From: the human T2T-CHM13v2.0 reference genome, Homo sapiens
Assembly: GCF_009914755.1 (NCBI RefSeq)
Contig: NC_060936.1
DNA length: 64,000 nt
Direction: 5' to 3' (one strand)
The position numbers were made by a program, and so were the translations under genes. The notes beneath the pieces are model-generated. The model did no database searches. It saw nothing but the letters and a program-made list of their open reading frames with translations, and had not been told where the DNA came from. Below, piece by piece: positions 13,782-26,139 of this stretch (position 1 is its first letter; each line of letters begins with the position of its first letter).

Positions 13782-14435
13782 TTATTTTCAATTGGGTTAT
13801 AAATGTTTTGAAAGAACATTTTATTGCAGTCAACTCTATCTTATCTGTGAATGTTTTATTTACTTTTTAAATTGCATACCATTCCTTTTCTTTCAACCTC
13901 CTCCCAGCCACCAAGCTGGGCTCCAGGCTAGTGACAGAGGTCCTACTTGGAAGATCAAGACAAGGCACAGAAGTGTGTAACATGAACATCTAGGAAAAAT
14001 GAATACTAAATCTATGTCCACATTCTTAAAAATTAAAAAATGCTATTATTCCATAAAATTTAAATTATGAAAGTTTGGTCAAATAAATAATTGTACATTT
14101 ACAGCATAGAATATTATGTAGCTATTTAAAGGAATGAATTTAACTTGAAATTTTCACAAGCTATTGCTGAATGTAAATGACACACAAAGAAGTGTGATAA
14201 TTATTTGGGGTATACTTTTATAAATAATGTAAAATATCAATTTATGTGTGTATGACAGCATGGAAAACACAGATTTTTATACTCAAATTATTTAGACACA
14301 TTACCTTGGGTTTCTGGTTATGATCTCATGAAAGGGAACATGGAGGAGGATAGAATTGAGAGAAGAAAAAAGGAAGGAGACATTATTATATAAAAGAAAA
14401 AAGCATCAAAATTGTACATATAATCCTGTTCCTGT

Positions 14436-14440
<5 letters not shown>

Positions 14441-14483
<43 letters not shown>
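14441..14483. repeat. (TG)21 microsatellite
   Basis: Perfect dinucleotide run. Confidence 0.99.
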
Positions 14484-14485
<2 letters not shown>

Positions 14486-16229
14486 GTATACATGTGGATA
14501 ACAGATCATTAGAGGTACCAAAGACAGGGTTAGGTTTATATCTACTGACTAGTAAGATAAACGTATGACAATATCAGACAGTCACTCAATAATAGTTGTC
14601 TCACAGCTCCATGAGAATGGAAATGGGAGGCAACATTTAGCTTTGTCTTTATACCATTATTTCATGTGTATTATTTTAATCCGGAGAATTTTTCTTTCAT
14701 CCTTACATACATTCATGTATACATCATTCATACTGCCAAAAGAGAAGCTGGAAATAATTATTTTTACCAAGCATTTAGAACAAGTACATAAGCCAGCAGA
14801 CTGCCTTTTCATACAATGTGATTTTGTTGCATCAAAGGAAATCTTATTTATATAATAAAATATACCTACTATTACGTGAACATTTTCTATATCATCAACT
14901 ATAATCTCTCTTATAGGTTTGATAATTTCTTTTCAGTTGGATGTACTTTTCAAAGAAGCTAATTGGTAACATATCCTTTATCAAGCTTTCAAATCATCAT
15001 CAAATGGAAGAACATGAATATGAGTCATAAAATATTAGTTTTATATTATTGAATGCACTCTAATTATCTCTGTGTTCGTTTCTTTGCTGGAAGCCTGCTT
15101 TTCTTCTTACACAGTCATTAATTTTCATAAGTATGAATTTAAACCATCTCAAAATTATTTTCCTTTTGGTATTCCACACTCCCATGAAGAGCGTAGTCTA
15201 ATTTGATGACGTTGGAGGAAGAAACTGAATTAATTAGTTTCTGGATAAATACAGTAAAAATGTATTCCATTGTTTAAGGAATAAATAAAACCTCAGATAT
15301 GTGTAATGAGAATGAAAAATATATTCTACCTATCATGTTATTCCTCTTCCTGTGTATATTCATTTAAGACCTGTAGATATTATCACACAAAATAAATATG
15401 CACTGGCTAACTTTAACCAAGGAAAGCATATAGAAAATAATTTCTCTTATAAGTTAGAGTATACAAAATTATTAGACATATATAGCATTTAAATCTTTGT
15501 ACCTTAATAACTAAACAATTACTTCCCAATTTGTAAAAGTATATGAGCTGAGTCTCCAGTATAAACCTTATAGCATGTATCCATATTAATTCCTGAAAGG
15601 AAGATAGCTCATTAAAATAAAATGAAAGATTTAAATAAAAGGACATTAAAATAAATACATTCAGGAGTTTATATATACTGCATCACTTCTCTTTTAATCT
15701 TTACTAGGTATGTTATTGGAAAACCAGTTTCCAGTTGGATTTGCTGATTCGATTTTTATCAAATTGCAAGCAACAGTTTTTATACATTAATATAATTTTT
15801 TTTAAATTCCAGGTCACCAGCAGTAACTATCACAAGCAATAAAATATAAGCAATGCTCTCTGCATGGTGCTGTGTTAGGAAATAATCCTAAATATGGGTA
15901 CATGAGTCAGTCCTAGAAAATAAACATTTTCATCAATAATAATATAAATGGATAACTGACCTCCATCACAGGGAGGAAAATCCTTTCCCCTATTTTCTCC
16001 CAGCGCTTGCTCTTGGGAGGAAATGCTCCCTAATGAAGCAGAATGAGTAGGGCTCTGATATTAAAGAATCTATTGGTAAATCCTTGTTAACATTAATTCA
16101 GTGGGAGGACTCGGGCAAATCTCAACATCAGTATCATTTTTCTCCTTTCCTGAAAAATGGGAGCAAATATCAACCTCACAGCATTAGAATTTTTAACAAT
16201 GTAGTGTATCTACACACAAACACATTACG

Positions 16230-17705
16230 TTTTTCTGTCTTAACTAAGCCCTTTCTTTACTCCATTTATACTTCTACAAACTTTCCCATTTCTCTGTACC
16301 CCTTTAGAGAAACACTCCTTGAAAAAGATTTCTATGTTTAGTATTTTCAGTTACTCTCCATTTTCTCCTAAACTCTTTCCAAAAAGGCTTGCATCTCTTT
16401 CACAGAAACTGCTCTTGTCACATTGGCAATGATGGCCACATTGCAAAATCCAGTAGTCAATGCTCAGTCTTCATCTTGTCACAGTTGATTTTTTCCCTAT
16501 CCTGGAAACAGATTTATTTATGTACCTATCATGACACCAAACCCTCATGGCTTCCTTCCTACATTACAGGCTGCTTATGCTCAGTATCTTTTTCTTATTC
16601 CTTTTTATCTTTCCAATTTCTTAATTTTGAAGTGCCTCCAAACTCAATTACTGGGCCTCTTCTCTGTTCACCCACCCTCTTGCTAATCACACCTAGTGAC
16701 ATGGTTTAAACATAGTTTATATGCTGACAACTCCCAATTTTTTTTCTTTGTAGTCTGTGTTCCCTTTTGAGCTCTCTGGACTTGTATATACAATTGCTTT
16801 CTAGCATCTCTAGTTGGGTATCTAATATATATCTCAAACTTAACCAGGCCAAAAATGTACTCCTGATGTCCCTTCTTTATCCAGACTTCTTCCCATCTCA
16901 GTTAATAGATGCACCATCTTTCCAGCTGCTCAGGCCCAAATCTATGAAGTCATTATTGACACATCCAATCAATTTGAAATCCTCTCAGCTCCTATGTGAA
17001 ATATAGCCAGAACAGATACAGCATCACTTCTGCTGCTACTACTCTAATCCAAGCCATCACCTTTCTCTACTAGAATATTTCTATATCTTCCTAAGTGGGG
17101 TCTCCATTCCTACTTTTGTCCCACTACATTTCTTCTCAGTCAGTAGTAACTGTTTAAAAATGACAATCCAGCTCATGTTATTGGTCTGCTCTGATCTCTC
17201 CAGTGACTCCTATATCACTCAAAGTCAGAAATAAAGTCTTCAAAATAGTCTTCAAACCCTACATAATCTGGTCTGACATTAACTGTTGGGCTTCCTTTCC
17301 AACCATTGTTTCTCTTTCTTACATATTTCCAACTACAATGGCTTTCTTGTTGTTCATAGCATATCTCTAGAATATTCCTACCTTAAGATCTTTATATTCC
17401 TTTTCCATTCCATGGAATGCTTTTCCTCTAGATATTGGTATAAATTTTTCCTTTGTCTTCTTTGCATCTTGATTCTTTAATCTTACTCTTTAAAATTGCA
17501 ACTCTCAGCACTCCTGCCCTGCTTAGTTTGTTTTTATTGCACTCAGCACCTTATACATTGCATCATTTATTTTCCCAACTAGAATGTAAGCTCCCTCAGG
17601 GTAAACAGCCTGGCCTGTCTTATTCACTGTTCTATTTCCAGAACAGTGACTGACATTTAACAGGTGATTAATATTTATTCATGGAATAAATGAATGAATA
17701 AAAAA
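16230..17705 (+). mobile_element. L2 (L2a-like) 3' portion
   Basis: Pyrimidine-rich L2 body (TATATGCTGACAACTCCCAA, ATCTCAAACTTAAC, CTAGAATGTAAGCTCC) ending in AATAAATGAATGAAT. Confidence 0.88.
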
Positions 17706-18751
17706 AGCACTTTGTGAAATAGAAAGCAGTATAAAAGTAGAGTTTATTATGTTTATTCCTGATATTACAAGAAATACTATTAAAATCACTAAGCATCCAT
17801 GTAACTAAAGTAGTAAGAACATAACTACTCTTGTCTACTATATTTGCATTCAATTATTAATAGCCTACCTTGCTTTTAGAATATAAACATTTTGGGAGCG
17901 AAGACTATAAAAAGCAGGCTAGGTCAATGTCAGGTGACAGTATGATTAGGTATTGATTTTAGCCATTGTGCCCCATTAAGTAGGAACTTCTTAACAAAAA
18001 GTTAACACGATGCTTAGAAGAAACAAAGCTAAAATTTCCAGTAGGTTTAGAAGAAGATATGAATGAGCTTCCTTAAAAGTTGTAAAAACTAAACCTTTTA
18101 GACAAGAAGCTGTACTGGTTATGAGAGAGAATTTGTGTAGTATTAGCGCAGTCTGAGTAAGAGTGGCAAAGCCCAGCAACCACATTCATGTGTTTACGCA
18201 CTGTTTCTTATCTATGGCGACATCACTCTAAGCTCATTTTTATCAGATATTATGTACTGAATCTTAAATCAAGATTTAAAGGTAAAGTTTTTGGGAGAGA
18301 CATCCATTATATTGTATTTTATATTTACTTTGGAAGCCCCAAACAGAAAACTTCCCTGGCAGAAGATTAGCTATAACATGATATTCTGAAATACTGTGTA
18401 ATAAAATTACTGTTGTAAGAATGGGGCTTGGAAGAAAAGATCAACAGTATTTTCTTCTTTCTCACTGTAACCACAGCAACCTTAATTGTGACTTCGTATT
18501 GGATGCCTTCCATAAACCACTTAAGCTTCGCATGGAAAAAACAGAAAAGGGGGAAAATTAGACATGACACACATCTCTCTACCTCAATTCTTAGTGCCTT
18601 CGTTCTGCACTCTTAGCTTTCCAAGGCTGAAAATGTATTGCCACTGTCTTCTCACTATTTCTCCTAACTCAATCATCTCCATCTTCCATGGTGCTGCCAG
18701 AGCGATTTTTCTAATACATGTGTTTGAGCTTGCTTTTTCTCTGCTTTAAGG

Positions 18752-19066
18752 TTATTTGTTTGTTTGTTTGTCTGTTGTTTGTCTTTTGAGACAGTCTCAC
18801 TCTGCCACCCAGGCTGGAGTGCAGTGGTACAGTCTTGGCTTACTGCAACTTCCGCCTCCTCGGTTCAAGCTATTCTCCTGCTCAATCTCCCGAGTAGCTG
18901 GGATTACATGTGTGCACCACCATGCCCAGCTAATTTTTGTATTTTTGGTAGAGACAGGGTTTCACCATGTTGGCCAGGTTGGTCTCAAGCTCCTGACCTC
19001 AAATGGTCCACCTGCCTCGGCCTCCTAAAGTACTGGAATTATAGGCATGAGCCACCACATCCAGCC
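18752..19066 (-). mobile_element. AluS (Sz/Sx-like)
   Basis: Full dimer with (TTTG)n tail. TSD TGCTTTAAG at 18742-18750 and 19067-19075. Confidence 0.95.
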
Positions 19067-19174
19067 TGCTTTAAGTCTTCAAATGTCTCCTACATATGCA
19101 GTCAGTGTGGAATGCAAGGACTTACATGAATCTACTTCTTCAATTTGAAGGTGACAATAATCATGGTGATAAGA

Positions 19175-19410
19175 ATGACAATAGCTATCACTTGTTGAGC
19201 ATCTTCTTCAACTAGATACTATGAGATATTTTAGATTCTATTTCCTTTTAGTTTTCACAGACACCCTAGAAAATAATTATTATTCTCTCCTTTAAAATCA
19301 TAAGACTCCGATACATTAATTAACATGTTCAAAGTCACCTAGCTACTTAGTGGTGGGTCAGATCTTTGAGTCAGAGCTTGTCTTACTTCAAAGCTCATGT
19401 TCTTTCCCCT
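19175..19410 (-). mobile_element. MIR
   Basis: TTCAAAGTCACCTAGCTACTTAGTGG...ACTTCAAAGCTCATGTTCTTTCC matches the antisense MIR 5' half. Confidence 0.7.
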
Positions 19411-21647
19411 ATGATCATAACTTACAGCTTATCCAGATGAATCTATGTGGAGCTCCCCAGAAGCTTCTCAGGGTTTCTACTCCCTATGCTATCTTCCATT
19501 TGTTCTAACTGTCTGAAAACTGTCTCTCCTTGATCACTTGGAAAATCATTACTCATCCTTCAAACAACTAAACCCTCTTTTCTCTCTGAAGCTCTCCCTG
19601 CTATACTTCTTGCCTAGAGGCACTTAGGTAATCAACTCTGTCTACTGCCTGTAGTGAATCCTGTATGTAACTCTATTACAACACCTAAATTTTCACATTG
19701 ACTAAGGTTTGCATATCCGACTCAGTTTTTGTACTATAATTTCTCTTATGACAAGTGTCATAAATTATTCCTTTATACATTTTATGCAGTTTCTAAAAGT
19801 AAAGTAATTCCAAAACATTATAATAAAAATATAAGAAAAATAATTTGGAAAAAGTTTCAGATTACATGTTTTGTGCGTTGTACCACCTGCTACTGAAAGA
19901 TGTTTGTCTCTGTTTAGTCATGAAAACTCCTCTATTCGGTTTTTTAATAGACTCACTTGGCATCTCTGATTTGAATTCTTCAAGGCTTCCTTTCTCTGCT
20001 GGTCTATGCTAACCAAGATGTTTCTCTTGTATTGTTGTTTACCTACCTTTGCCCCAGTGGCTAATGACAGGCTAGAGATCTACTGGTCTTCCTGTTACAT
20101 GACTCTAATCTCATTTTTATCAGATAGTATGTACCAAATCTTAAATATCTTGGATACATGCAAGGGTTAAAGTTTGAGGAACAGGCACCCATTATATCTT
20201 ATATTTACTGTGAAAGCCCAAAGCAGAAAATGTCTGTTTTGCTGAGACCAACTGGTAAGCTGGCTTCACTGGGGAAAAGGAGACGGTACCATTTCAGCTA
20301 GCACAGAAACTTCCATATAAATGAGAGAATACGCACAATTACTGGACATAGCATGTTGCCCATGTGAATAATATCTTTAGATGATAAAGGCAGAAATAAT
20401 ATTGAATACCTCTGCTTGGTTATGCTCGGTTGCCTGCTCCTTAGCTACCAGGTCTGTGATTTTAGTAGACACGTCCTGTTTTTGCTGACCTCCTTGGCTT
20501 TACTTGGTCTAGAATACACTGAATGTGAATTTCCATGTTCTCTTTTTTGTTGAAAAGAAGCTTCAAGTTCCTAAAGTCTAGGCACAAGAAATGAGCAAAT
20601 TATCTTGCCCCTGAGATTTGGAACAGAAAAGAATAGACAGTGTTACTAAGAAGACTACCCAGTGTGATTAGTAAAATTTAGGCTATGATCTATCTTTTTT
20701 TTTGTATCCCAAGTTTAAAAATTTATGCAAGACTGCTAAGTAAAGGATAAAATATTTAATCCATAAATGAGACTCACATTCTAAATCCTGCTGTACACAA
20801 GGAAAAGAAAGCTAGTATTTTATACTTAGCATTTTTTCAAACTATTTAGGGATTATCCAGACAGATATTTACAGTCTTGGATATGATGCATACACTCAAG
20901 GTAGAATTTATAATAGTTTATGAATACTTACTATGAGCCTGGCACAGTGCTAGCTGCTGTAATTACTAAAATAAATAAAATTAATTTCCTCCCTCAACAA
21001 TCTTTGGTTATAGTTGATGAAGCAGACATGTATGTAGATAATTATGACACAATGTAGAAACAACTAAAGTATGATATATTATTACCATGACAATCAGTGC
21101 TTCCAGAATAATATTGAAAACAAAAACTAACATGTTACAATTCAATTTCAAACCCTTGAGTATTTTTTTTCTATTGTTTAATAGATAAAGGTCAACTTCT
21201 TCATGAGCTCTTCTGTGATCTGGACCTGGAATACTTTTCTAAACCTATTTCTTAAAAGAACCATTTTAATACCCCATACTTCAACCATGCCAAGATACTA
21301 TGTTTGCATCTTCTCTTGCTCTGAATTTAATTACATATGAAACTATTAGATATATCAGCATATTGTGGCTATATATGTGTGTGTACGTGCATGAATGTTT
21401 GTTTATGATTTTTAACTCCCAACCAGATTTTAAATGATCTGATCAGAAAAACAAAACTTAGATTTACTGTGTCCTGTTCTAATGGATAACAGTGCTAACT
21501 ACACATCAAATCACTCTATAAAATTTTTAGTGTAAAAAACAAAAGAAAGCAAGAAAGGAAAAATTAGAGATGGAAGGTGAGAGAGAATGGGAATGATATT
21601 TGGCTCCAAATACTGGGACTTTCTATAACACTGTTTGTTGTTCATTC

Positions 21648-21826
21648 CAGTTGCCACTAGGCACATGTGGCTATTTAAATTTAATTAAGGAATTAAATAA
21701 AAATTTAGCTCCTCAGCCAAACTAGTCACATTTTAGGTGCTTAATGTCCATATGTGACTAATGGCTACAGTACTGAAAAATACAGAATATTTCCATCATT
21801 GGAGAAAATTGTATTGGAAAGCATTG
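21648..21826. mobile_element. hAT-Charlie MITE (MER3/MER33-like)
   Basis: GCCACTAGGCACATGTGGCTATTTAAATTTAA...TTCCATCATTGGAGAAAATTGTATTGGAAAGCATTG. Confidence 0.8.
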
Positions 21827-21875
21827 ATCTATAGAATGTAATCAATGCCCCTCTTAGGTGCTAATATATCTCAAA

Positions 21876-21921
21876 ACTTTTATATGGCAAAAACTGCAAT
21901 GACTTTTGCACCAACCTAATA
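21876..21921. mobile_element. Half MADE1 (Hsmar1 mariner terminal inverted repeat)
   Basis: ATGGCAAAAACTGCAATGACTTTTGCACCAACCTAA followed by TA. Confidence 0.9.
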
Positions 21922-24529
21922 GTAACCTTCAGGTATTTTAAAAGCTAATAACATTCCAGGTTAGTGTTTTAAGTAATGTTCTAAAGGAACCAAAGCTTAG
22001 TGTGTCCAGAACAGAAGCTCAATGTGTGTTGATTTAACCCTATTCTTGTGGTAACTTTTCCCGGCCTCTCTATTCGCTATGGAATGTAACATTTTAATAA
22101 AGCAGACATTTTATCTAGTCACATGCATACCTCTTCTCACACATGTCCGCTTTGATCTGCAAAATAAGACTTGATGGCCAAAGGAGGATTGCTGGTCAAA
22201 ATGTATCACTTATAACCATCAGTTCTTTAAGAGGTACTTAGTTATATAAAATTTAATACATCAAAAACATATAGCTAATGTTAGGGTGACAGATTTCAGA
22301 CATACATACCAAGTTTCCTATTTCTTCTATTACAAAGATCAAAATAGACACTTAATGCATCAGAATCATCTGTTTGCAAACAAGTAAGAGATAGAAAATT
22401 AAAAGTATATTTAAAGTGCCAAGATAATTGTGATTGCCCTTAAACGGGTAAAATATTAAGCCTTATAAGAATCTTGAAAGAAGCGTACCTTTACGCAGGT
22501 ATTCATTAAACTAGCATTTTTATTTCATAATGTATTCAAGCTAATACTATGTCTGACAGTGGACATACTTTAGAGACATCAAAACAGTTAAAGGACTTAG
22601 CAGTTTTGATAAGAATGGGCTGAAATCTTCTATCATAGCAAGTGTCAAAACATTCCCAAAGGGTTCTCATCTTACTTGAGAAAATAAGATTTGAACATAT
22701 GTTAATGAAGTGTTCACGTTCAAGCCATTAGGTGTTTGAAGTACTCTTCCTTTGCAGGGAATTGTTGTAGATCAAGTTAAAGCAATATTTACCCTGTTAT
22801 TTAGATGAGTGTTCTTTCAAGGATCACCTGTAGATAAGTGATGATAGAATTGACTGTTTTTAGTTGTTGTGAAAGAAAAAAGGTAAATTGAAATAGAGTA
22901 CCTCAAAATACTGAATCTGAATTTTAAGAATCTAGTCCTACTTGTTCTGACAGTTGTGAAATTTGTAGTGATTGTTAATAAGGTCATCCTAAAACAGATA
23001 CAGCTTTTAATGTTGAATGCAGCATTTGTAACTTGTACTTACTATATATTAGACAAAGAGTGAGTTTATGCCTTACATGTTCAGGTTGAGTAAAATTTCA
23101 AAACAACTTTTATCTTGTATTATCGTTCTGTAATCCTTTTATTTTTATTTAAAAAATGCATTCCATGTTAACATTTAAAAGACTCATAATGGATATTCTT
23201 TGGGCTGTTTGTACAATTTTTATTGTATTTTTAAAGTATTCACAATAATTTAATTACTGTACTTACTCCCTGTCTCTGAGTTAGGAACAATGGTGGACTG
23301 ATTTCCACTCTGCCCTCTATTCTTCCTTCCTCTCTTATTTCTTCTTTTCTTCTTACAAAGTGTTAGGGAATACCTACTTTTTACCACAAACTGTAATAGG
23401 TGTAGGGTTATTGACTATAATGCAAACACTGTTATTTAACTTCTTGGAACTTACAGTGCAGAAGAGATAAATTAAAAGTTATGATGCAATGCAAATATAA
23501 TTCTCATGTCATGTATATTATAGAGGCAAATTAATAATCAATACAAGTTGTAGCTACCAATTAATCAAATTAATAGCTACCTATTAATCCACTAAATACT
23601 CTCTAAATTAGCTTATCCGCTATATTATTTTGTTAACTATTATTTGAAATCAAGAGAAACTTAAAGTCAATTTGCCTTAAAAAATAAAGGGTTAAATTAT
23701 CCCTAATATAAAAAGTCCCGAGGGAGGGTGTATTTCCACCAAGGCTCTCACCTCTGCTTTCTCCTTTGCTAGCATCCTTCATGCTGCTTTTGTTCCTGGC
23801 CTCAAAGCATCACATCAGACAACCAGAGATGAGAGGAACATTTTTAGAAATCCTAATCAATCTTTGTAATTCTTAGTAGTCTAAGCTGTATTACAAATTC
23901 ATCAATAAAATGCAGAGCACAACAGCAAAGAAGAGAGGTTCCCAGAAGCTAATATAGGTAGGTACTTTTGACAGAAAAAAGGAGGCAATAGAAGTTGAAG
24001 AGGCTGTCAAGATCCATTCTTTTCAGCACAGCTCGCAGTTCACTGAACATCAAATAACGTCACGGTACAGTCTACCTTTGAAGGTGGGAAAATGAAAGGC
24101 AATACTTTTATAAAATATTTGGTTTTATGGTACTCTTATAGAAAAAATAATATAGTTATAAAATATTATATTACGTGTTTTCCAGGAAGTTTTTCACCAT
24201 TTTTAAACATTCATTTTTCTCTTCACAATTCCTTGGCAGGCATTGTAAGTAGAGAAACTCTGACACTGAACTATTAAAACATTTACACAAATTCAAACCT
24301 GGTTGATACCAGTGCCTTTCATGATTGCATACTTTTCACATGTTTGTATATGTTGCATATATTGCAACGTGTTGTCATATATTAATATACATAAATCTCA
24401 TATATTAATATATATAAATCTCATTGCCACATCTTAATAAAAACTGGAAATGGAGAATCACACCCAGTGCTTTATTCATGTTAAGTGAACAATGTATTTT
24501 TCTTGTTGATGCTGATGTTGTTCTTGCTT

Positions 24530-24700
24530 GGTCATTAAGTGACTGCTTGACTTTTACCAATTTTCTTAATTTCTGTGTGCCTCAGTTTCTTAATCTCAAA
24601 AATAGGGGTATTGAGGCCCTGCTATTAAACTAAAAACATTGCAATGAGAATAAATTATATTAACAGATATAAAGTCACATGCACAAATAATACACAAATA
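24530..24700 (+). mobile_element. MIR
   Basis: Core CTGTGTGCCTCAGTTTCTTAATCTCAAAATAGGGG. Confidence 0.7.
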
Positions 24701-26139
24701 CGAATTGGTAATGTTCATATTTGTGTATTCATATTCAAATTCAAATTCATAGTCAAATAAAATAATAAAGAAGCTCTAAAACATGGTTATCAACTACTGG
24801 GAAATGTTTCCTGCATATGTAAAACATTATATATTATAATCAAATAATTTGTAAAAGTAGTTTGCAAAAAATTGACACAACTATCACTCATCTCTTAATT
24901 GTTCCCCTCAACCTTATTATAAAAAGATTCACTCGGCAGTTCTAAATGTGTAAGGTAGAATTAAATTCAGTATATTTTCAGTGCAAAATATTCCACTCAA
25001 GGTGCCCAAAATCACTTCTTACCTGTGCACCAGCAAGAGCAGCAGGAGGCCATTTCTCAGTGAAGGAATGGGGACAGGAAGAGTCATTCTAGTGGAGAAT
25101 TTTTCCTAGGTCAGATGCCATATGGTTCTACTGTGACATTTGAAAATGCAGCAATTTGTTTTTTATTCACTCAGCTCTTTCATTTCTTGCTTTGAAGTAT
25201 TATATTCACTTCCCTAAAGAAGCAACAGGGAAATGAACTGTAACAAATAATGTTTATTTCTGGAATGAACCCCCTCAAGTCCTAAAGAATGGCCAGAGTT
25301 TAGAGGAGTCACTGATATTCTTAACATCTCTAGTCTCCACTGAACAAAGATGCAGAAAGCACAATGGTTGTTGTAAACAACAATTATGATTTTATTATTA
25401 AATTGTCTAATGGAAGTGGTTTGAGTTCTTTGCAGAGATAACACAAATTTTGACTAAATAAATCCATAGAGATAAATGTAGTTCTAAAAAACATTAATGA
25501 AGAACTTACAAAAAGACTAATTTTGTGTTCCCTGGAAAACAGCCTTAGATCAGATGGTTAATGTTTTTTAATTGATCTTTGACTAGAACCCTGGAGCATA
25601 AATCCAATTAAGATTTGCATAGATACATGCGTAGAAATCAAATAAATTTACCCTATATATTATCACAATGAGAAATCTTTCTGAAATTTTAAAACCTGAA
25701 TGTAGAGAAATGTATGTCTTTATAGTTCTCAGTTATGAGCTGCTTAAAATAATTTTTAATAACATTGCTTGTCACATATGCAAAATATTAGTACATCTGA
25801 CTATAAATAGTTCAGTTATAATTAAAACTATTCTACTAAAAATTCATTGTAAAAGTAATATTATATCCAAATTACTCTCCTTTTAAATGACTTTTTCTCA
25901 TTTTTTTCTTATGTTTTTCTTAACAATTGAATTATTTCCTTTTTCTCTCTCTCAGGTATAATTATAATACCATTAATTAATTGTTAAGGAAGTAACTTAT
26001 TTAATAGAGATAAAGGAACTTTCAGCACAAAGTTGAAGTACTTGGCCTAATTTAATCAGTTAGTAAATATCATAAATCAAGAGCAACTATTCAAACTCCC
26101 AGTTTTCTGTTTCCTTGTCTACCATATGTTGTCATGCAT

